A stretch of 64,000 nt of DNA from Lingula anatina (taxonomy: Eukaryota; Animalia; Brachiopoda), in NCBI GenBank assembly GCA_051362555.1, contig CM120648.1:5452587-5516586 (forward strand), in the 5' to 3' direction. Under the pieces are notes generated by a model. The model was not told the origin of the DNA and did no database searches. It was given only the letters and a program-made list of their open reading frames with translations. Below are positions 11,901 through 24,200 of the stretch, in pieces (position 1 is the stretch's first letter; each line of letters starts with the position of its first letter). The translations under genes and the position numbers were made by a program.

Positions 11901-14900
11901 TATCTCATGTATTAAATTTTGCTTATGATTGTAGTACATTTTAAAGTTCCGTTAAAAAGCATTTAAAACAAACTTAAAACATGTTATTTGTGCCAGGTTA
12001 AAAAAAAAATCAACATGTATAAATATCTACGAAAGATGTCTTGCTTTTCACCAGATATAAAACAAGAAATTTAAAATCCACCTTATCTGTATTTCTTTCC
12101 AGATATGTCACTTCTTAGTCTAGATGACGTAGACTCTGTATCAGAGGTGGATAGAGACACTTTAGCTCCATTACCTCCCCCAGCGTGGGGGGCAAATGTT
12201 CCCTACGGCTTTATGCCGCCACAAAATACTGTTTTATACCCCACGGCGCCACCTATGAGTTATACCAATGATATGGGGAGTTTCGGGCCAGGAAGTTACG
12301 TCGGTGGCTCTCAAAGTTATATTGGCGGAGGTGGAAACGGTAGCGCAGGAAGTGTGAACAGTGGCTCAGGTATGTGACTAGGCCATTGTGGGTAGAGAGT
12401 GGTACTTTAGATATGACACAAGTGATGAACAGGCCCTTTTCACTGTGAATGCTATACTTTTGCTCACAATATAGTCTGTACTTTGAGAGGCCCTAGCAGG
12501 CAGTTATGCCACAGGAGATTTTATTCGCTTTCACAAACTGATTAACTGGCCATGCCAGGTGCAGGGGCTCCATTTTGAGCCCTGTCCTACGCAATAACTA
12601 GGCTTTTAAGTTGTCAACTGTAAAACTGTACCAGTACAGACTCTGTGGCTTAAGTGTACCACTCCGTGTGAAAAGGTCCTAAGATTGTGCATATATATAT
12701 GATTGTGCTGCTTCTGCAAGCACCCAGTTCTATTCAAACTGAGCTCAGTCTAGCATAATAACTGTTTACCAGCACACTGAATAGAATTGAAACTGGTTTA
12801 AGCGAATGTAAAGCATTTTATTTCTATGAACAAATTTGTGGCAAAATTTTATTTAGATCTTGCATCAATCTTAACATTAATATCTAACTAAGGTTATTGT
12901 AGAATGAGCCCAGAGATGTATCAGATGGATGAACATTTGGATATGAGTCGGTATTCAGTAACATGGCATTCTGATCTATGGTCACTATAAGCCTCTGTTA
13001 CGTTCCTCTTGCGGATGCCTGGAGAACAAACGTTTGTTTTTGCTCACCTTCTTCCAAGTGGGGATTTTTGCACTTTTTAATAGTCAGTGTCAAGTTACTA
13101 CATCAATGTTAATGACTTAGAATATGTATATTGCCACCTTTTTCTTTGCTATGTATTTGTGCTACAGGTCAAAATTTGTTCTCCAAACATTTGTGAGCCT
13201 GATGCGGCAGAGACTTTATACAGCACCCTAGATCTTGGCCATTCACTGTACAATACTGATTGCTTTCCATGGGTCATCTCTCTGATACAGACATCTGTAC
13301 ATGTGACTATAAATACTGAGTGTGTTATCTTGTATATGTGCCATGTTCTGTGATGCTTAAAGCTTCAAGCTTTGAGGTGCTTTACGGCTTGCCATGCATT
13401 AAAAGGTGTGATGAAGTTGGTGCAGTGATGCCTGTGCGCTGAGAAGACAAGTTAAGCTGCTACCCAGGGTGTTACGAAGTTAAAACTGGTTTATGGCTAA
13501 AAAGCATGCCTGATAAATTCTCTGTGGATTTTCTTTCCAGAGAGCATCATTTTAGTTATTTCACTGAACCTCGATTTACAACTAAATGGATTAATTTGTC
13601 GACTGCTCAGATGTGTTTAGCCATGAACCAGATGGAAATTGACTTAACATCAGAATTTTAGCCCGGCAGTGGTCCAGCTGTCATTTGATTTTGGAAGAGC
13701 TGGCTAAACACCTGCTTTCTATTGACATACAGCCCCTGTCACAGTGAGCCTGGTGCAGTATGAACTAGCCAGCAGTTATATTTAATCATATTGTATAATA
13801 TGCATTCCTTCTTATCAGGTTGATATTGATAAAGAAAATGTCCCTCCTCCCCCCTCCCCCCAAATATATTGCTTATCCCTACCTACTACTTGCTGTATAT
13901 GTTTATGGTTGTCATTAATCAAACAGTTAATGCCAAAGTGGTGATAATGGCTGCATTTACATCAGGACTAACTTGGATCCAGAATAGCCAGAAACGATAC
14001 CACCACATGATCATGTCAGGTTTTGGGTCCAAGTTTGTCTTTTTCAGAAAAGAACTAAGAATGTTGATCTTTACTTCAAGGTGAAAAAAAAACTGGTCTA
14101 CTTTAGCCCATGGTAAATGAAAAACAGTCCCAATTACATGAAATATTGTGCCTGTTTTATAAAAGGGTAGAATTGGTTAATGTTTTAGATCAGTAGTAAC
14201 TTGATTTTAGGGGACTACCATGGATTTATCCCGAACTAAATCAGACCAAATGTTTTTAGTCTTAGAATTAAGATCAACTTTTTGGCAAAAGTTCTTTTGT
14301 GAAATCGGTCTTTAAATGTAGTTCATATTTAAACCTAGTTAAGCTTGGTTTATATATTTACCTTCAGGAGTATGCTGGTGACATAGCAACCAAAATAATT
14401 GTAGTTTGAGCAGTTGTTTTATCTTTAAAGGGTCTGATTTTTCTGGGCCTTTTATCACCATAAAATGCTGAAATATGTGAATGCAAGGTGTAAGGGAAGC
14501 TTGGTAGATATGGGAAATAGAAATTCAGTATATGCCAGAAGATGTAGTGTCATCCTTATGATAAAGGTGGTGTTGTGAAATAATATAAGGTGATTCAGAC
14601 CTGTAATGACTGGAATTTGATATGAAAGACACCAATTCTGAGCATTGAGCATAGCCGTGTTACTATTGCTCAAGGAGGGTTCACTGATGACCAAGTTTCT
14701 ACATCCATCCTCCCCCCTTGTTTACCCCTAGCCAGTACATCCTACTGAGGTCACTGTGATGGTAACACGTATTGTTGAGAATTGATGTCAGTTGTCTCTG
14801 TTATTTTCTCCTACTAGAGAGTTGGTCTCCACTATTACAGTTGTCATTTGATCCACAGGACTGGGAAGGCAAGTTTTAAGGTAAAATGTCCAAGATTCAC

Positions 14901-17900
14901 TCCCCCCCCCCCCTTTCTATGTAGAGCCCATAAGGTTTATCTTATTTCAAGGCAGTTTTCTACCATTCATTTTCATGCATCATGAATAAAATAATGACAC
15001 TTTGACCATATCTTAATATTTTATATGTGGTACGTTTAGTAATTTTTCTTGATTTTCTGAGCTAGCTGAATGCCTAAATGATTACTTTTTCATTCTGTTT
15101 TGCTATTCAGTTGTCTCTTTGAAAAACGGACTTCAGTCAAGTTTCTGTATCTTTTTACTCATTTCTTTTTATCCTGTCTTTCTATGCTGGCAATGCTCTT
15201 CTGTTTTGTCTCGACTATTAATCTGCTTTTTGGATACATATTTCTTTGTGAATCTATCGTTCTTTTTACTTCTTGTGAACTTGTGATTTTTCAACTGTTC
15301 GCGGTAATAGTAATGTTTGACAATCCTAAAAGAGTTTATTTTTTCCTTTCCCTGTTTTTTTTAATAATTTGCCAGTCTCTTGGTAATTGCTGTATTTTTG
15401 TTTCACATGAAAATGCCTTTTAGTTGGTTATAAAAAAATCTGAAGTTTGAAAGTTAGTTTTATATATTGTTAAGGTTATGATTAGGGACTTAAAGTTGAT
15501 GGAACATTTGAAGTTTATTAAAAACATGATATAGAAACAAGATTTAAATAATAATAGATAACAAATTAAAAATGATTATATAGCTGGCTTAGCAATTTAA
15601 TAGATTGAGTTACACTGTTCCTCCACTAACATAATCATACTACCCCAGCCTCTGTATTCTAAACCAAACTACCTCATACCCTCATGATGCCTGTTATGAT
15701 ACAAATGGATATGCGCATGTGATGCTGCATGGGCAAATAGCTTGGGTGAATGTATGCTCTTAAAACCCGAATATAAAGAAATATCAGCTAGGGCTGCTGA
15801 TAATGTGAGCTTCAAGAAACTACTGAATATACAGATATGCCAGCTGGGTCTGCAGATAATGCAAGCTTCAAGAACTTATTTACTATACAGAAATACTAGG
15901 TAGGGCTGCTGAACATGAAATACAAGAAGTGGTGTATTATGGGATACTACAGTACTAAGCTTGATTTTAGTCCTATAAACTGCCTCCTTTTCAATCTAGA
16001 AATACCATAAACAGCTTCAGTCATAACCTTGCAAGGAGAAGTGAGCCATGTTTATGCTTTTGTCCTATGGCCTGTCTGCCCTAATCTAATAGATAGTATA
16101 AACTCACTGAAATTTAACTTGTGCACATTGGCGGAAAGCTCTGAAAAATATTCTTTTGATTTGAAGGTCTGAGATGCACTAAATTTGGTCTTTTCTTAAA
16201 ACGTTTTGCTGTCCGTCTCCCCCATTTCTGATATCTTTTCAGAGCTATTTCCAGCTTGAATCTGGTTAAGTATTCTTAAAGCCATAGTAAGTTAATTGCA
16301 AGATCACTGTCATTGTGTTTTATTTTGACATAATGACTGTTACACACCCATTCAGCTGTCGTGTAAATGAAAATGATATCCACTGTCTCGCAGTTAATTT
16401 ACCATGGCCAGCTCTATAACTTTTAACCAAATTGTCTATCTTTCTCTTTATTTTCCTCTTTCATGTCCTTCATTCTTCCAGTCGCGGTTAACACATGCAC
16501 TTGCATAATAAGTCATACGTGCGTCCAATTACGCAAACTGTGGGAGAAAGAAAAGGAGAGAAAGTCCCCACAATGCACTGCTACTACTACTACTACTACA
16601 ACTTCTACTTCCTCTGAAAAGGAAAGGGATGCCCCACAATGCATTGCATCTACATCCTCTTCTGGGAATGTAGAAAATAAAGACTCTGAGAAGTGCCCAC
16701 TGGTTAATCAAGTAGGGGAGGTAGAAAATAAGGATTGTGAAAAGATATCTGGAAAGGGCCAGGATTCCATGGGTCCAGATTGTGATAAACTGGGTTTGTA
16801 CTCTTTTATCAACAGCACTTATTCTGTATCAGTTAAAGAGAAATCAGTTTGTGCTAGATGGTTTCTGGAATGCTGACAATTTTGTCTCATTGTGGCACAT
16901 TTGTGGGGCATGATATCAAGTATGTGCATATGTATTTACACTTGATAATGGAAATCATGTATTAAGAAAATAAAATTATCACCATCATATTCAGAAGCAT
17001 TACTTTTGACATTTTCACAACATGGCATTGAATTCAGCTTTATGTGGTAATTTTATTTATTTATCTATTAAAAAGAACATAAACAATTATTTTTGTCACA
17101 AGAAAGTACTATTTAGTAAATAAATATAAAGTATCTATAAGTCTAAGCACAAAATAATGTTGGATATAAATTTACAGACAGTTTTTCAATTCCTCATACT
17201 TTGTTTTTGAAAAGTGTGCAGTGTAGAACGGATGTAGCATTGTGATTATATTTATAATGTTTTCTGTCAGATTGTACTGCTATGTTATTATCACAAGATT
17301 TGTAATGTTTTCACAGTATTGTGATGTATACATCGTAACTTTATAGTTTCACAGTGTCATAAGTTGGTCCTTTTGCTGATCATGTTTTTTTTATGTAAAA
17401 AGCATTTTGATGGGAACTTGTGCATTATCACTATTGCGACTGTGATTATTATGGCTTGCTATGTCACCAGTAGTAGTAGGAGTTACTGTGTGCCATTTCT
17501 ATGTGGATTCTTTGTGTTATCAGTCAGAGATTCAAATTGCGGAGTGCTTAAAACTGTTTTCTTACATTTAAGAAGGGATTCTGTATTCACTGTTTAATGT
17601 GTAGATTAAGATAAAAACATTTTTTGAGTGCTGCGGGATTCATAACTATCATACCAGGGCAATTAATACTACGTTTTTCTCTTTTAGATAAATTAAGAAT
17701 TGTTCTAAATTGTGTCATCTTGTATCTTCTAGGAAGCAGCGCTTCTGGTGGCAGTGACAGAAGAAAAGACAGTAAAGACAAAAAATCAGCAAGTGGTTCA
17801 AATAGCGGCAGTGAGACCGAGACTGGAAGTATGGCCAGTGTGCGGAGGGGGGCCCCCAGCGAACGCTCCCTTCCCCCACCCCCAGCAGAGCTTATGAACA

Positions 17901-17983
17901 TGCCACCAGATGTCAGCAACAGTCGGCAGTCATTCAGGATGGCCATGGGAAATCCCTGTGAGTTCTTCGTGGATGTCATGTGA
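8887..17983 (+). CDS. dvl: Dishevelled, 5'-partial spliced CDS: join(8887-8956,9886-9973,10189-10317,10716-10930,11165-11290,11593-11760,12103-12369,17733-17983)
   Basis: Eight GT-AG exons splice in frame. Hallmark Dvl peptides: [125 protein letters not shown]-terminal [20 protein letters not shown]-encoding exons are not in the window. Confidence 0.97.
9004..9245 (+). mobile_element. non-autonomous Helentron/Helitron-like repeat (HINE type) in dvl intron
   Basis: 5' palindrome ACCTCTACCATGGAGGT (9005-9021), 3' subterminal CCTTGGCGGAGGT (9206-9218), then a short GCACTC..GAATGC stem and a TAGTT end; layout recognised from known HINE-type elements. Confidence 0.6.
9886..9973 (+). CDS. dvl: Dvl PDZ exon 1
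   Basis: [30 protein letters not shown]; ttcag| ... |gtacgt. Confidence 0.96.
10189..10317 (+). CDS. dvl: Dvl PDZ exon 2
   Basis: [43 protein letters not shown]; tttcag| ... |gtaagg. Confidence 0.96.
10716..10930 (+). CDS. dvl: Dvl PDZ end/linker exon
   Basis: [38 protein letters not shown]...SSIPDSE; tacag| ... |gtgagt. Confidence 0.96.
11165..11290 (+). CDS. dvl: Dvl DEP exon 1
   Basis: [41 protein letters not shown]; acag| ... |gtaggt. Confidence 0.96.
11593..11760 (+). CDS. dvl: Dvl DEP exon 2
   Basis: [53 protein letters not shown]; ttcag| ... |gtgagt. Confidence 0.96.
12103..12369 (+). CDS. dvl: Dvl penultimate exon (Pro/Gly/Ser-rich)
   Basis: [26 protein letters not shown]...SGSG; ttccag| ... 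|gtatgt, phase 1 end. Confidence 0.93.
16482..16876 (+). CDS. dvl: putative alternative terminal (or cassette) exon of dishevelled
   Basis: Strong pyrimidine tract about 16436-16479 then AG; frame fits the phase-1 donor at 12369; about 130 open codons to TGA 16874-16876; AATAAA 16969-16974. A possible phase-1 donor G|GTTTGT after 16793 would instead give a 312-nt cassette. Confidence 0.55.
17733..17983 (+). CDS. dvl: Dvl canonical last coding exon
   Basis: [18 protein letters not shown]...[20 protein letters not shown]; ttctag| acceptor. Confidence 0.96.
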
Positions 17984-19965
17984 CATAACCCACATGATCT
18001 GTTGTCTGATTGGCTGCATGTTGTCACATGACTGATCATGTGATACTTTTGTTTTTTAATTAAATGTGGTAGACTAAGCTTCGATGTTTTTTTTTTTAAT
18101 TTTATGATAATCTAATTACATTTTTTGGTGCTTTCTGCAAGCATGTATTTTTCCATCTTGATGTAATTGGACCACTATCGCAGCCAATCTTAAACTGCAA
18201 GAAGGTTCTTTGCAGATATTCAAATTTCTCCTTCAGCAAATAACATATTGTTATGAATATTCAGAAATTTTGTAGCAAAAAATATTATAAATATTGGCTG
18301 CCATGGTGTAACTTACTGAGTATATGCATTTATATAACACCAAGTTTGACAACAATTTTTGTTAACTTCGTCAATGGATAGTTTAAGTTGCTTTGTTATT
18401 GTATTAAGTTGGCTGTTATATATAACTAGTATTTTGTTGTAATACCCATCCCCTTTGTGGCAACATCTGAAATGTTTAGGACAGTGACACTGCTGTTTAA
18501 AATCTGAACCAATTTTGATCCCTCGCCCGTCTGTACTCTGCTGTACATGGCATCTTATCAACTGCATTCAGGTCAACAACACTAGAATAGGGATAAAATG
18601 CTGCTCTTGATAAGATGGCATGTACACATATGAGCTCCCTTTGCCACTTGGTGACCTTGACCTATTTATGGCATTGACCTTATGGTGACCTTGACCTCAT
18701 TTTCCGCTTTCAGCCGCATTCATGAGCTTCATATGAGTAAATTATAAAGACAGGCAAGCCTTATCCTAGTCCAGCCCCAAAGAGAACAAAGGCAGAATAG
18801 AACAGTGCAATTGCCAGGTCAGAGGACCCATAGAGCAAGGATTAAAAGAGGAATTGAGAACACTTTGAGACCGCAATGAGTCTGGCAGAAAGGCTCTTGG
18901 CGCATTGATTAAGCCAAAAGGAAACCTCATAAGACTGAAGGCAGATAAAGATTGAAAGCACAACAGCTGTTGATAGTTTCTCCTTGTTGAGAGTTTGCAT
19001 GTTTGCCTTTCAACCACCTGATTTTGATATTTCCCCCTTATCAATCACATTAACACACCTGTAGCCTTATCTCCCCTGGTTTGAATCAGAACACTAACCT
19101 GTATTGCTGTGTTAGATCAGTTTGGCAATGAAATAGTTCTACCTTAACAATGTCTGCAGTTTTATCATGCCCTTTTAAGCCCACTCTTGGATTTGGTCTT
19201 CAATTATCTTGACCAACCTCACTTTTTTACCCACTTGCTTGCCACTTCAAGACACCCAGAAAAAGCCAACCAGTGTGGAAATATGATTGGGATCTAACTT
19301 CTTAATGAGTAGTCAGTTGCCTGGGACTTCTGTTTTCTGATAAAAGGATTTTTAACTATTTTGTTGGGTGGATAATGCAGACTTTGGCACATAGGGATTT
19401 GGGATGGGGGAGAGATTTGTTTGCTAGATGTGTCACTGTCCTACATTCTGTCCAGTGCCACTTGGTAGGGCAGACACTTTTATTTACACTCAGTGAACTG
19501 AGTCCTTGGCAAACCCAGTTGAGCAGTCAAGTAAGATGTAAAGTGATTTTAATATTTTAAGTTAATTGTTCACAACAACAATCAGCAGATTAATTGAATC
19601 ATCAATTCAATTAAAAACAATTCTTCGTGAACTTAATGACTCGTGGTTTGCAACTGGGTCAGTTCTTGGTGTGTGAACACAGCTCTAGCATTCCTCCTTT
19701 ATACCTCAGCATTTTAACTTGTCTGGAATGAAGATAGAGATCACAGTAATGTCAGACTTTCCTTAATTGTAGCACTACCACCTGAGTGAACTAACTGATG
19801 TGATAGTTTACTGCCATTAGTCTTTCCTGTGTAGTTGCAAGCATGTGTTGCTGAGAAACAGTTTTTTACAAGTCACAATATGAAATTTAAATAGAAAATG
19901 CATCTATTTGCTATGGAAAAAGCTTCGAATTCAAATAAAAGATCTTGTTTAATGATAGTTTGGCT

Positions 19966-20017
<52 letters not shown>

Positions 20018-20781
20018 TTAAATCCTTGTATGGCTTTGTTCAACTTTTAAGATCATGTAGGTCTGTGGATTTTCATATTACAGTATGAGGTAAATTGAAG
20101 ATCTTAAGAAAGCGCATAACATATTGTGATAAACAATAACAATGCTTTTAAAACAAAACAAAAATGGCAAAGAAAATTTGCATGTCCCAAATAAAAAAGA
20201 TTGATGGTGTTGATCTGGTGATAAGTTTAGGTGGACAAAAACCTTGGTAGCCTGTAAGTGTGATAAAATTGAGTGGTGCTAGATTTTATAGTGAGGTAAG
20301 CTAAGATAATGCAAAAAGAACCAGTTAATTATTTTTCTGTATTCAGAATTATGGGAATTTTTTTTTTTAACAATTGTTCCTAATACATTAACTTGTCAAA
20401 CGAAATCATGAGAAGCTGGAGACAGTTTTAGCAATTTGCAAGTGAACCAATTAATCATTTGAATTGTACTTTTCAAATTTTTTTTCTGATACAATGAATG
20501 AAACAGTTATAGAAAAGATATATTTTAGTTTCTCAAGTGGGAGGGACAGCACTGAACTGTCAGTGTCTGTATCAGACCTATTTATTCTGGTACAGGCAAT
20601 TCCAAATAATAAAATCATGAAGTAAACACATTATTTAAATTAAAGGAAATATTTTGATGTGCTAATTGTGTCAGTTGTGCTAGACCAACAGATGTGCCCT
20701 AAGATTTTTGCTAGATACAACCTAACTGTATTGATTGCCTATTATGTTGATAAATGTGACCTAATTGTAAGTTGTTAACAT

Positions 20782-20813
<32 letters not shown>

Positions 20814-21210
20814 GTGCCAGTATGCATGAATGCGTCACATTGAGCTTGTAGATTTCCTCCTTTTTTTGCTTCTTTGGACTGTAATATTTTTAGTTTCATT
20901 GTAATGGCATGTGTAACGCTATGGTCTGGCCTCTCGTTGGCTCATTTTTTCTAGGCCAAATGTTATGCGTTTAATGCAAGGATACCTTCAGTATTGCCGA
21001 TGTATTTTTATTAATACTTGTACATGTATCAGTTGTGTATATAAACTTTTTTCTATTATACATATATACATAGTGATATACATATATTACGCTATACAAG
21101 TACCGCCCCAAAAGGTTTGTAAACGGCCCAAACAGATGTATTGTAAATTTGAAGATGCGGTCTGTTGGAATAAAAGAAGATGGTGAAGATTTTTCAAAAT
21201 TGTAAATAAG

Positions 21211-21216
21211 AATAAA
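21211..21216 (+). terminator. probable dvl polyadenylation signal (3' UTR about 3.2 kb)
   Basis: AATAAA followed about 25 nt later by a GT/T-rich element (tcttgttgttgtttg); other AATAAA copies exist upstream, so usage is uncertain. Confidence 0.45.
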
Positions 21217-24200
21217 TCTTTCCAATTTTGACATTCATCTTGTTGTTGTTTGATTGACATTTAACTACATTTGTTTCAGTGATACGGCAAAATTTGTATT
21301 TGATTTTATTAACTCTGCGAGAATGATAACCTAGAAATATTAATCGGGGTTCCCATTATATATTAACTTTATTCTTAGCAAGTGTTTTACTTTGCCATAA
21401 TGATATATTATTTGAAAACAACTTTTTGTTACATTGCTAAAGATAAAATCTGGACAACTTCAACATTAATCGTAATGTCGAAAGATCTCAACGAACATTT
21501 CCATTATGTTACTTGTAATATTTTTTCGTTTGGTGCCATATGAACACTTCGATTCCGTAACCTTTTATACTTTTTTAGTTTGGTGCTAGCATTTTCCTCT
21601 ATTTCTGCTAGATTGGATTATTTCCTTATCAATGAAATGATTTAATTTGGTGAGCAGGATTCCACAACTAACATCAGTTTCTCATGAATACAAGAAAGCT
21701 GTCTGCCACACGGTTAACCATTGTAATGATGGTGGGTTCGTTCTTGGGAGGGAAAAGCGGGGTCCGTGCCACTCCCTTAGCATTAGAGATACCCCCTCTC
21801 TCCCCCCCCCCCCCCCAAAAAAAAAAAAATTTAAAAAACGGTAGCACAGACAAACTAGAGAGGTCTGAACATATTTCATTCCCTGCTCTATATAATAGAG
21901 TAGAATTTCCCCGTATACCGTTGTTATGATTACATACCCCTCTTCCCAACCCCCTTCAGCAAATACGTGGGACCTTCAAAAGTGTTTAATCTAAATATCA
22001 AGCAATCTACGTTTAAAAAGTTGCCAAGGTTGTTATTTCTTTCCAACCAGTGTCCCGTTACAATTCGGTTCCACACTAGGCTTGCAAGCACCACTGGCAC
22101 AATTTCAACGTTGTGTGAGATAAGAAACCGTGCGTGGCTGAAAAATGGGTTCCCAGCTATCTGAACGGTATCAGGGTGTGCTTAAATTCCGTGCAAAAGC
22201 ATGTCATATTAGAACAATATGCCAGTTGGGGAAACCGTAAAAGTCCTGTGGTACTTCTATGCTCGATAGATAACTTGGTGTTAAAGTGTAGATATAACCA
22301 GACTTGTATTGAGATCTGTAATTTCTAGCTGACGCTCATTGACTTTAATTCCAAAAAACACGTGAAATAGTTATTACGGATGAGTTTTAACTTTAAAAAT
22401 GTTTGAAAGATCTTTAAAACCATGGCTGTCTTAAAGTGTGCCCTTGGCGATCTCCGCGCAAAAACAAATCTTGTTGATACATTAAGACATGTGGTTTGTC
22501 GTTTAATATTTTTTAAACAAGGATTTGGTAGCAGATATGAAAATTATCTATATTTATTTATTTTATTTTATTTTTACAACAACAAAAAAGAGATGGATTG
22601 ATAGAATTGTAAATGACAGCAACAGACTTAGAATGCTAAACAACAAGAATGATATTGTACATTACAGGTAAATTATATGAAAGGCCAAATGAAAGTAAGA
22701 GGTAAAACGTGCTCAGTTGTTGAAAATAATGAAAATTCTATTAAAATGTATTCGTTTCTATTCCAGCCACCCCACCGGATGAGTAGAAAGTCGTCAGTGA
22801 ATTGCCTTCAAAGAAAAAGACACCTCAGAAGAAGTGGAAGGTCGCCGGTAAATAACATCCATCGATGTGTGCCCCACTGAAACATGCGCGAAGCGGCAAC
22901 AAGAATGTGTCTCGAAATGAAACGCGAAAAAAAAGTTACGTGACTTAGCCCCACTTTTTTGTTGGCAGCAAAGTGATTAGTCTGTATCCAAAACGTGGGG
23001 GAATAGGCCTATGCCGTACAGTTTGCTCAAAGACCAAAATGCTAGCAGACGACAATTTCCAATTCAGACATGCGTGTTTCGTTTCAAATGGAAAGGTGTC
23101 CGCACAAGCGTGAATGTAATGCAACAATTGGATATAGGCCTACCTATCCAATCAGTTACGAAGAATTCAATGTATCAGGATTGAAACTAATATTAACAAG
23201 GAAAATTGAACATGTTGGTGGAAAAAAAGGATTTGTGATCTAGTAAATCCTGATAAATCCTTGAAACGTTCGCCGAAGAAAACACGAATTCAATAATCGC
23301 AAATTTGTAGTATGTAGCTTTAACAGTGCCTAATCAGTTTGACACAGGGAATAGTATTAATTTGCCACAGGGACTTAGACACGAAGTGGCTTGACAAACA
23401 AATGTCAAAGGAGAGCATAATTCATCACTGAGGAGACGCAAACCTGAAATAGTTTGTTATTTGTTTAATTCATCTTTTATGGCTACTCTTTCGTGTGAGA
23501 GATGAAGATGTTACGTCTACAATGTCACCTTATTTTAATGACGCCTCTATACCGTAGATATCATCGTAGTAATGCCGTTTGTAGAACAAACATTGTCGCT
23601 ACTAGTAAATTGGAAAATAATAAATAAGCAGTGATAACTTAAAAAATGTTTGTTGCGGATTAATCGTGCAAGGATCTGTTAGATGTGACAGTAGTTTTGT
23701 AAAGAAACCTTTAGGTGGCTGAGAGAGGGAGGATGTGGGGGTCAAATCAAAATATTCACGACAGAGAAATCGCACTGCAGCATCTTATTCAACAATTATC
23801 GTAAACTACTTGATATTGTCGGTAAATAGGTGGATTCTCAGCTGGAATCCCTCTTGACTGAGGGCTGGAGCATTTTATACACTACAGATGGCGTTAAAAA
23901 CAACGGTATATAGAACCCATTTATAGTGTACATACAGATAAAGTTTATTGTAATCAAACACAAAACTACCGTTTTGTCTTTGAACAATATATTACAGAAC
24001 AATACCATCAGAGGATTAAGTATGACGAAATAAAATTTATATAGCTTTATGAACAAACTTCACCCGTTGTAACAACGTAGCCTACGAATGCGCCGTGAGA
24101 GCGACTGGCGTGTCAAAGCAGAGCGGACGAGTGTCCGATGTCAGTCACATAATATGTTCTGGCAGTAGTTTATAAACAACTTGCCACCCGCCAGCATAGC

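Noticed and set aside
13541-13661. Good acceptor (ttctttccag) in the last dvl intron; one frame ends ...IDLTSEF*, a PDZ-ligand-like tail
   Set aside because: The frame matching the upstream phase-1 donor gives only [26 protein letters not shown]; the TSEF frame needs a weak GAG acceptor. No further support.
15100-15423. 107-aa hydrophobic ORF resembling a membrane protein
   Set aside because: T-rich intronic sequence yields Phe/Leu/Ile bias; non-ATG start and no splice support.
22633-22880. Short ATG-initiated exon MLNNKNDIVHYR with phase-2 donor, and basic ORF 22677-22880
   Set aside because: The phase fits the PLAC8-like exon 2, but it is 10 kb away, very short and expected by chance; no homology recognised.
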